This document shows, piece after piece, positions 40,871 through 51,437 of a DNA stretch of 64,000 bases. This DNA is from Psilocybe cubensis (Eukaryota): assembly GCA_017499595.2 (NCBI GenBank), contig CM038999.1, positions 434,001 to 498,000 of the forward strand, in the 5' to 3' direction. The number at the start of each line of letters is the position of its first letter. Within the stretch, counting starts at the first letter, position 1. Position numbers and translations under genes: made by a program. Under the pieces are notes generated by a model, which had not been told where the DNA came from, searched no databases, and saw only the letters and a program-made list of their open reading frames with translations.

Positions 40871-42150
40871 ATGGATTATGCCTTTGAGCTAACCCAATCC
40901 CTCTCAAACTACATGAAGGCAAAGATAGCTAGTCGTCTTTGGCATGCAGAACTGCCTAATCAAATCCGGGAAAACTTCAGTGCTGAGACCATGTTTGAGT
41001 GCAATCTAGCTGTGGAGGTGATTTTGCAGGCATTTGAAAATCAAGGTATGCAATCAATAAGCTTTGAAAATTGAGATTAAATAATGTGTGAATGGCAGAA
41101 TATACGACGTGGGATGCAGAAGAATATTTGACCCATCTCAGCGCACGTTGCACGGGTCAGAATTCTGCCGTTGAGGCTCGCCTGAAAGACCAGTTTCCTC
41201 CGGTGCATTCCACGTTACAGTACCAAACCCTGCCCGGAACTGTAATTGATAGTGCAGGCAACATATTGGTGTGGTACCTGCCAGGTATTTTGTCAGAGAC
41301 AAGGGTGGTGAGTTTTAGAAACGGACCGATTAATTCCTATATTATGCGTTCTAAAGAGTAACAGGAGAGTGTGTGGAATTCATTACGGGATATTGAAACA
41401 ATGATTCACAAGGCGGCACCTTTGGCCACAAGCTGGAGGGTCAATGACAGTTACTTTCGACATGAGCCAGGTTGGCTTCAACCTGGAAATCTTAACTTTT
41501 CCCCGGCATGGTTTCAGCAAGGCCATGAGGTGAGAAACTTGTTTGCTAAGTATTATACTGCCTCATATTTTCCTCAGACGTCCAACCCGCTTGAGGTCTC
41601 CTTGGACTTGTGTAATCCTATTGGACAGGAGTTTATACGAGACATGATGACATCTTCGGCTTTGCTGGGAGCCATCTTGAGCATTATACACCCCGAGCAG
41701 TACCGGGCGGGAATAAAATTTCTTCAACGGCTTGCTGCGGAACCGGAGTTCGTCCATAAGGCCGAAATATTGAAGCAAATTCTCACAATATGGAGTTCGC
41801 CCTTTGGAGTCATGACCGCCATCAGCAACCGAGATACACCGTACCATCGGGATAATGGGTCATGCTACTCATGGTACGATTTTTTGATGCCACTTGGGAA
41901 GGGTGAACACGGACGGCTTGAGCTTCCTGGCCTTGGACTTCGGTACAAGTATGATCCCATGACCCTTGTTGCAATTACCGGCAGGTTGCTTCAACACGGC
42001 GCGGTGTGCGAGGGAGATAGGGCAGTCATAGTCTATTACATGCGTAGGAATGTATTTAAAGAGCTGGGAGTCCAAGAGGCGGGATGGTCTACTACGTACG
42101 ATCTTTTTGCAAATTTACCGGCCACCAACACTTTTGATTTTGAAATATGA
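40871..42150 (+). CDS. TET/JBP-family 2OG-Fe(II) DNA base dioxygenase (transposon-borne)
   Basis: ILVWYLPG, NFSPAWFQQGH, NRDTPYHRD (HxD), LLQHG (distal His), GDRAVIVYYMR (2OG Arg); three GT-AG introns give an open frame. Confidence 0.85.
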
Positions 42151-42377
42151 TCAGTTTTTGACTTGGAAGTTGGGTTTGGGGAAGATTTTTTTATATTTCC
42201 AAAACAAAACGGTACGAAAGCTACAGAACAACCAGAATTCTCTGTCCCAGGGTGTTTCCGACGCGCCCGCGCTGAGCTCTTCCAAGGTTACCGGAATCAT
42301 CGGACTCCGCCGTCGTATTACCGGCGGAAAAGGCATCATCCGCCTCCTCTTCGATGTCCTGTGCGAGAGGTGGGCAA

Positions 42378-44002
42378 CTAAGATTCCTCATCCCAGGGTG
42401 TTTCCGACACGTCCTCGCTAAGCTCTTCCGAGTTACCGGAAGCATCTGACTCCTCCGTCGTATCACCGGCGGAAGACTCCTCATCCGCCTCCTCTTCAAA
42501 GTCCTGTGCGAGATGCTCTAAAAACGTAGCTGGTGTAGAGGATTCAGTGGTATCGGACGTACTATCAATATCATCCTCTTCTCCCGGGAAAACAGGTCTT
42601 GACCTTGCGTTAAAAAGGAAGGCATTGCTGGTGTGTGCATTTGACGGAGGGCTGACGGAACCGGGAGTAGGCAGAGTATCTGTTGGGAGATGAATATTTG
42701 CAGTGTTGGAGGGTGGCGAATGATACCAGAGTGGATGAAAAGGTAGTTCCTTGACGGCAATAAAAGAATAAAAAATGTCGTTGATGTAAAATGAAGCGAC
42801 TTTGAGCTTTGAGACCTCGAAGGACCGGGCTTGAGCCGTTATAGCGCCCCAACTGTCAGGAGAAGGGTGAACGGGATGCTGAAATTTGTATTTGGCTGAA
42901 AGCCCCTTGCCGTTAGAGAACGGGTGCTCCTTAGAGTCAATCCACATCTTCTCCAATACAGAATATCTGCCCAAGGCGGCCGAAGAAGTAGTCACTGCTT
43001 TATGGGCATTTTTCATTTTGTCCGCCACATTCCGGCGCAGGTGAGCCAACTCCCTCATTACGCCCGTTAGGATAGGCTGACCGCAGCGGGGACAGTAGGG
43101 CGGTCTGTGGTCAGAAATTGCAATTGGGGATGTTTCATCCCGCGTGTTTGCAACACGGGTCGGCGGATTGGGTTTCCCCGTGGGCGGTGAAAACGCGGAG
43201 CCATGCTTTCCCGTCAACGCGGATCCGTGCTTCCCCGAGATGGGGACGGATGTCCGTTCAGCCGCCTTTCCCTTGCCCTTGGGATTGTTTTCCTGATTTC
43301 TTGGAGGCCCAGAGGTAGATGAACTTGCGCCCTCCTTAGCTTCTTTCCTCTGATTATTTAGCCGGAGTACCTCTTGTTGGTATTCAGGCAGAACCACCTG
43401 GTGGGAAGGACGCAAATCAGATATAATCCACAGCAATAAAAAAACATACCTTGTTCCAAAATTCTCTTGCTTGCGATTCAACGGTAACAAAGGCAACTTG
43501 CCACTCATCGCCTTCAGCAAATCCGTCCCTCCACCAATATCCCCAGCTCTTGGTCTGATTTAAAATTTCATCATCTTCCCATGCTGACCAGCTTTGATTT
43601 AGAGATTCAAATAGAACAGCTCGATGGTGGGGAGTTCGGTTCAAAACGGCATGTACGCTCTGATTGAGAATTTCTGATATAAAAAATGGAATATCGACTT
43701 GGAATCCATTGACATAGCAGTATCCGAGTACTCTCAGCAGTATAGCCTGACGACCAGTTCTCAATACAAGATATAATCGTTCAAAATTACTGTCTTACCA
43801 CCTCCAGGTCAAGCAAATACATCCATTTTTGGCGACGCACGGAGGAAACAGAGTCTCCGTTTGCAATGAACAAACGGTATCCGGCACGGATCCGTGCACC
43901 ACAAATATGGACATGAACTTTGGCCAGAGCACGTCGCTCATCATAGGTAAGGAGATGATGTTCGTCCTCGACAGGAGGTTTAAAAAGCCGCGGTAAGTGC
44001 AT
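42378..44002 (-). CDS. Transposon cargo protein of unknown function (3 exons, CPRC motif, acidic tail)
   Basis: ORFs 43787-44071, 43417-43764 and 42378-43520 join in frame through two GT-AG introns; start MHLPRLF is inferred. Confidence 0.65.
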
Positions 44003-44046
44003 GAATTCAACGAGATGGGATACAACAAGAATGTTCAAAGAACTGG

Positions 44047-47000
44047 TTAATCTGTAATTATAAATCTCCACACGGACGGATACTCCGGGTTAATTTGACG
44101 GAAGACCTTATCCGCGGCCCGCCCCAGATCATTCCACATGGCAATCTGCTTTTGAGCATTTGCCCTGTGACCAACTAACCTGTCAGGAACAAAATCATGC
44201 CGTGCACGCCATGTCTTTGCCATATACACATAAAATCTGACAGTCCATTCCATTTCCTTTTTTGTCAAGGCCAGCTCCTCTTGCCATCTATTCCTCTGAG
44301 CTCGCGCGCGGAGCCAGTTTAGCCTAAAGACTAAGAAGCCCTTGAGAAAAAAATTAGAAATACAAATAGCAGTACTCACACTCATTAACGTATAATTGAT
44401 TATCATTGTCCAGGCCCTGACGGGATCTCCAAATCCAACTTAGACGGTCCGAGCTTCCTCCGCGAATGTTCGGATCCGACACGGCATTACTATGCTTGCA
44501 ATCATGGACTTGCAGAATGGGATATTGTTTCCGAATATTATCCTCGTCTCGCACGCCAGCAGATAAATAGATCATCTTCTGACGGTTTGTGTTGTAGAGT
44601 CGCCGGTGCAATTTCCAGGAAGCATTCAAAAGCTTGACGCCATCCCAAGCACGAGTCCCCATATAGACGGAGTCGGCGGTCCGAACCTGATATTTATACT
44701 GCCAAGAAAGCTGGATCAAGGCTGACCGGACCGCTTCCAGACAGTCCTCTGCGTGGCCATGTCTTATTTGAAGTTCAAGTTTGCGAAGCCCTTTTAAAAT
44801 GAGGTTTGTTCCCGCGTCAAGGCCGTCAAAGAAATCTTGTTTGACGGCGGAGGGAAACGGAAGCGGCTGTCGTTCCGGATCCGCGCGGGTAATGTTGACA
44901 TTTCCAAGATCAGGATCGTCGTTGTCACTGACTTCATAGTCAAGTATGGGAGCGATGTCCCCTTGAATATCCTCCAAGACATCTTTGCCCATGAAGGTCA
45001 TAGCGGATCGACAGAAGGCTTCAACGCGGGTCCGCATGGAGCGACGTTTATTGACCAAGTCAAGTTTCTGCGCGGTGGAAGGATGCTTTCCGAGCTTTCT
45101 GACATGGTCCCTGAGCTCCAATCTAAAAGCATGTTAAATTCTGTAGGATGCAATTGAAATAATCGTACTGCGCTTGCTCCAGTTTTAAGCCGGATGATAT
45201 CCATGCTGCCTTTCCAGTAGCACCATTAGATGTAAGTTCCATATTTGAAAGATGCAATTCAATTTCTTGGCGTCCAGCAGCCGTTTTCACTTTGCTTGCC
45301 ATTACCTTGCCAACAGCGTCGGCCACACCTTGTTCTCGGTCCGCTTCTGCTTTTGAAATTTCATCTTCCCAAGTGTTGATGAGCCCGGAATCTTGTTGAT
45401 CCGTGATACCCCTATAAAATCGGTCTGTGATTCCGGACTGTTCCCGTGCCCGTTTGAACTTTGCAGCAATTGTTGCAGCCATATTAATGGTCTTCTTCCA
45501 GTTGGAATCCCCCATGTGGTCGTCCAAAACCTCTGCTCGATGGGCAGTGGTAGCGGAACGTGTACTCCGGGATGTGTCATTTAACACGGACCACAACGGC
45601 TCCAGGATTTCTCCGTCAATGATTCCCACACCCGGGACATAGGTGGATGCGTAGTTGTAAAGACATTCCGTCTTGTGCCCGTGGACGTGAAATAAACCAA
45701 TTGCAAAAATCATTTTAACAGAAGGTGGCCAATGCATTTTTGTGGACTCTGAGAGACGCCTTGCCAAGTTAATGCAATATTGACAGTTTATATCGTAGAT
45801 TTCCAAATGTTTTGTGATTCCCTGTGTGTTGGTAGTTTCCCTGGCCTGAGTCAAAGACCAATCCATGTGCATCTGCTTTTCGCCTTTGTCAAAATCGACA
45901 ACGCTGGATGGACAGAAGCATCCGTGCCTAGCGCAAGCGTGTGCCCCAATTCCACGTACTCTCTTACCCGGGCTGACTCTGTTTTCAGCTTTCTGGGCGT
46001 GGTAGTTATGACATGTTTGTTCCTGATATTTTTTTACACGGAGGATAAGCCATCCGCCGTGGAAGATTTTTTTGACACGGAAGGGAAGCATCCGCCGTGG
46101 AAGATTGTGACACGGAACGTAAGCATCCGCCGTGAAAGATAAATCATGGTAGATAACGCACCCGTTTATAACGTGGAGCAAGAGAAATTGCTTCCTTGAT
46201 GTGCTCCTTGTATGGGCCCGGAGCAGTCATGTATCCTTCTCCAACGCTCAACCAAACATCGTCTCCCTCGTTTTTCTGATTGAGGTGATCTGCTTTGAAA
46301 TTACCATCTGCAACATAACTACGTATGTACAGATTGCTATTTGCTGTTAATTGCAGTCACCCTTGAAGAATAACTAAAACTTGCCTGTCAGCATCATCAA
46401 TCCAGGTATCAGGTAGGTTTATTCCAGGCTGTGGACAGGCGGGGCAGAATAAGGCCAACTTCCCTCTCCTATCTTCAACTTTGGGATGATCCTCGGTCCG
46501 CGTCATTTGTGGTGCAGGCGGACCATCTAATCCGCCGTGTCCCAGAGACGGGTCCGTTGACATTCCGACTTCTTGAGACGGACTATCAGATCCGCCATCA
46601 ATTGGATCAGATACATTAATACCCATCCTCTCTGGTGATGAATCATGGCAATGATGATAGTAAGGGACCACCGCTTCTCTTGTATGCCCTTCTCCGTATT
46701 GTCGTCTCAGGACAAGGTCCCTGTATTCTCTACTAAGCCTTCTCAATTCACGATAGCGGTTCAGCACCTTTTTTGGAAACGCTGGCGAAGTCAGTCTTCG
46801 CAACTTTTGGTAATACTGATAAGCCGACGTTTTGCACTCGAGGTTGTCCATCCGAAAGTCCTCAAGGACCTCAACTGTGAACACAGTTTGAACGTTTTCA
46901 AAGCTGGCTGCAAATAATCCCATCTCCAGATACTGTAAATCGATAGACGGAAGGCGGACGGACCGGCATGTGCATGTTCGCACGGGCAGATAATGGACTC

Positions 47001-47969
47001 CGGAGGTGTGCACAATTGCCTTGAAAGGAATTCCATTGTTGTCTGCTGCCTTTGGACGAGGTTGGTCCAGATAGGTTGTATCGACTTCCTCGAATAGATC
47101 ATCATTTTCATCGTCTCCATCGTCCAGCTCAACCAAATGGGGTACCTCCGGGTCCGCCAGAAGCTGAGCCGTAAAGGATTCTTGGTCATTGCTCGCAGGA
47201 AGCGGATCCAGGTCCAATCCGTGTTCATCCTCAAAGATGGGCGAATTGTTTCCGCCGTGCCCATGACTCCCGGATGAATTGTTTCCGCCGTCGCATCCTA
47301 GATGGCTCGGATCCGTGGGATAAGGACACCGCTTCCCATTATGACCCAAATACAACTTGACACCCACTTCCCACAGAGCTCCCGGACGGAAATATAGACC
47401 CGTCCACTTCTCAACGCGGTGGAAAGGTGTAAATTGATGGTTTCTTCGCAGGCATTCAGAACACAAAATTCTAGAGCCAAAGCATTGGCAACATCTCCAC
47501 ACTCCAGACATTCCTTGACATTGCTGACACCGTCCATTCAGATCCGGATCCGGGGCTTCTCCTCCAATCATTGTTCCAAGATACACCTCTCGTTTCGGGA
47601 GCCATTCCCTCAGGTAATCATTTTGAGACTGGATAGGTAAAGTCATCCTGATCATTCTACTGAAAACATGTTAAAACATACCTTTCCTCCCGTTCTGTCG
47701 TCATCTAGCTGTCTCAGGTTATCAAGTACCTGCTGATCAGTTAGATCTCCCGGATAATGAGGTATTTCTTCTTCCAGAATGTTGTGTTCATGGTTTTGGA
47801 AAGAGTAAGTCGTTGTTTGAGGGAGGTTTGTTGATGATGATTCTGCAGGAAGTTTGTGGATCCTCGGCCGCCCTCTCTTTCGTTTCTTGGCCCCACTAGA
47901 CCAGGAGGCCTCCCGAACATTGGGAAACTCCTCATCCGATCCCCTATCAGGTACTTTCTTGAAGCCCAT
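44047..47969 (-). CDS. KDZ (Kyakuja-Dileera-Zisupton) transposase with CxC2 cysteine cluster
   Basis: CxxC..CxxC..CxxC..H..PFHRVEKWTG, VHTSGVH...CTC, CPACPQPGINLP, DGNFKADH, CARHGC, DFDKGE, YDINCQY, FHVHGH..C, DGEILEPLWS, WLRARAQRNRWQEE; five introns, one of them GC-AG, give a continuous frame. Confidence 0.92.
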
Positions 47970-48848
47970 GGATGTTGGAAACAAAGAGTCTGACAGCCTG
48001 TGAGCGCAGATCTAAATGTAGTATAACATGTTTATTTCTGTAGATAAATTTCCCTCAATTATGCCGTTTTAAAGAGGAGAAAAATAGCTTTCATATGATC
48101 TATCTTGCAGCATATTTGGATGAGTGAGTGAAATGTTATGAACAAAACTTAATCCAGAGATGCACAAAATGGACGTGATCCCATCATAAATGTACAATAT
48201 GATGCAGAACGACCCTTTCAGAACCACACTTTGGAGTGTTTTTGAAATATCTTTTCACTGGCTGGCCCCTCATTCCTCCGGCGTATATCATATGAAAGAT
48301 ATTTTTAATAGCTACCGAATGACATTTTTTGTAGAATGTGAATCCTCGTATTTAAGGAGATATTCTCAATATACTAGAAAATGTGTCAAAATGAGCTCAC
48401 TGGGATCATTATATTTTTTGAAAAAAATTATGCATTTGAATACCTCTCATGGTCTCTGAGATGACTGCCGTTTTGGGTTTCACAAGTTTTGGGTGAGAAG
48501 ACGTGAATTTGAATTTTGTGTTTCTGTATCTTTACAGCCATCTAACAAGAATTTAAAACCTTGTAAGATTATCTTTATATAAAGCGCTAAATGTTTACAA
48601 AATTTCATGTTTATTGATTGAGTGCAGAGGGAACTATTGCAAAATCATGAGGTCAATGTATGTGACAGCGACCAGCATGCTTTGATCATCGTGGCCGACG
48701 ATGAAGCGGGATTACCTGATTGGGAAAAATATGACATCACATCATTCATTTAGTATGATCGGAAGCTTATTTTATCTCCGTATGACGTGAGATTTGACTA
48801 GATCACACAGATACTCATCGATAAGCTACTTGTTACATCGCTGCAATT

Positions 48849-51159
48849 ATGCCCACCATTGCATCCCCCGACGCGGATCCGCTTCCTTCCACCGCAAATG
48901 CCACAACCCACAACGGACCCAGAAGCGGACAGACGGCGGAGGGTGACTTTCCGCCGGAAGAATCAAATATATGGACCACAAAGGAAATGCGCGTGTTGAA
49001 AAAGCATGTACAGCCCTACAAAGATACATCAAAGTCATCCAAAGCAGACTACATACAGAACACTGTCATACCTGAGCTGCAAGCTACATGGGATCACAGA
49101 TACTCTAGACGTGCTAGGAAGGAAGATAAGCAACTACACAAAGAATGGAAGGTGAAGAAGCATGTGAGCTCGTTGTTTCTTTGAAAATTTTGTTACACAC
49201 ATAAACCATCACAATAGCGAATTTTTAATTGGTTTAGAAACCATGCGTCAAATCGAATTGGTGTAAAATTGGAAGGATTGAACTCCCGTATAACCTTTCA
49301 GACGGTATTCCGTGAGGAGAAGTCGGCAGAGATTGACTCCGAGGTTGCGCTTCTATCAGGGAATGCTGCTCGTGGAAGTAAAGATTGGATGAAGTTTTAT
49401 CAACAAGGACGTAAGCAGGTTGAGGCCAGATTGACTCAGGAGGAGCGGGACAGGTTCATGGAGATCCTTGAGGAATGGAATAAGAAAGGTGTTTCAAAAT
49501 CAATGAAGGCAAAGTGAGTCGGTGGAACTTGTTTCCGCCGTCAATCTGACATCTGCAGGACTGCTGCCAGGCAAGGCAGAAAAATACTTCGACAAATGGA
49601 GAAACTTAAGTGGCAGAGAATGGGTATGAGGTCCATTACCTTTGAGGGGCATTATGATATTGAGGGTAAAATCGAATACTCAATGTAAGTGTTAAACACG
49701 GCATGAACAAGTTCCGCCGTGAATGCTTACGGCGGAAACTTTATCCGCCGTAAACACCCTACGGCGGATAAAGTTTCCGCCGTAAGCATTCACGGCGGAA
49801 TAATTTGGCCCGTATTAATGTTGACTGATGGGCATTGAAGGACCCAGACAAGCGATCTAGCACTCGACGATGTCAGAATTCCTTCCTTTGGGCAACTCTT
49901 TCCATCCGAGTTGGCCGCTTTTCGCAGAGCGTTTGTTCAATACCTCGTCCACATTTCAGAAATAGAGAAGGGTGTGGCCAATCCAGCACTGCCAGATGCA
50001 TCGTTTCATGAAAAATCCCTCAAGTTTAGCAGCAATGGATTTCCAATAGTACCTAGTCCTATCTATGGCTCAACTGGGAGAGAAGTCGCTTATGCGCAAA
50101 AGTCAATTATTAGAATTTACATGAACAAGGTTTATGGTGTGTAATTTGTCTATGTCCTCAACAAACTTGCTAACTATGTATACAGCTTTAGCCAAGGATA
50201 GGCCTGGTTCAAGTGTTCCTTGGGATGCTCTTGAAAGGCGTTCTGCAGAAATGATTGATCCAGAGTATTGGCCAAGTTCAATCCCCGTGACGGATCCGAG
50301 CCGGCTCCGCCTGGAGTCAACTTCTGCAATTCTCAAGCTATGGAGGGACCGTCAAGCGCAAGGAGACATCCCCTTTAAATTCTCAAAGGTTTTTGGAAAT
50401 GGCTATGACATTATGGAACCTCTCTATCCGTCCAACTTGTTTGACGGCCTAGAAGCCCACCCGATACCTCCACCTCCTGCAGCCATAACCAAACGTCGGC
50501 TGAGGCAAAAAGCTATACGACTTCAAACCCAATCTTCAAGCGACTCTGAATCATCCAATCTGTCAGAGTTTGATAATGGACGGGGTAGTCCGGCATCCGC
50601 GATGCCACGCACTACTGCCAGATTTGAAGTCACGCCAGAGACGGATGAGACTCCTACCGACGCACCTTCAAGATCTAGCGAGCCACCCTCTCTACCAAGT
50701 AGATCCAGCCCAACAATTGTCAATCCATCATCCAGCCCAACTCCAGAGGTTGAGGAGGCGCCTCCCAAGCCAGCTAGAAAGATTATGCCAAGAAAAAGAA
50801 CAAAGCCATATGTCGGAACGGCGGAAATGGACGGACCCGATGAAGAGAGTTCTGTACCCCCCCCAGTTAAGCCAAAACCAACTAGAAGGATTCAACCTAG
50901 GAAAAGAACAAAGCCCTACTCAGATCCACTTAACACAGTGGAAGAAGATGGAGTCCAAACAGGAACAACCCAAGACACGGATAATACACGGGCCGGCAGG
51001 GACGTGACTTGTGATGCCTTTGTGGAGACAGTAACAAGTCCAGATACGGATGAAACACGGGCCCGCAGGAATGTGACTTCGGATGCCTTAGCACTTCAGG
51101 AAGCAAGTCTGCTTGCTGTAGCAGGTAAAAGACAAAGAAAAAAAACTTTGAAAGCCTAG
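48849..51159 (+). CDS. Transposon-associated putative DNA-binding protein (homeodomain-like plus HMG-box-like), multi-exon
   Basis: RIFNWFRNH helix motif, YQQGRKQVEARLTQEERDRFMEILEEWN HMG-like segment, basic repeated tail; GT-AG introns join the ORF pieces. Confidence 0.6.
49712..49800. repeat. Perfect 41-bp-arm palindrome with 7-nt loop, inside an intron
   Basis: 49712-49752 is the reverse complement of 49760-49800; contains six TCCGCCGT/ACGGCGGA copies. Confidence 0.93.
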
Positions 51160-51437
51160 CTGTTGAAGTAGATTCATGATACCTATTGAATGTGATGCTT
51201 TTTATTCTTATCTTGATGTTTCTCAAACATGTTTTCACACAAAATCAAAACAGAAAGCGGGGTTCATTAAAAATCATCAAGTGCTACTTTTTGGGAGAGG
51301 TATAAAACAGATGAGCACATGAGAGTAAAAACTATATACAGTCCAAATGATGAAAAAATTGTATAGGGATGTGAGCAATGTAATATATGACAGGCAAAAA
51401 AGGAGACCAAAAAAAAGTTACAAAGAATTGAAATACA

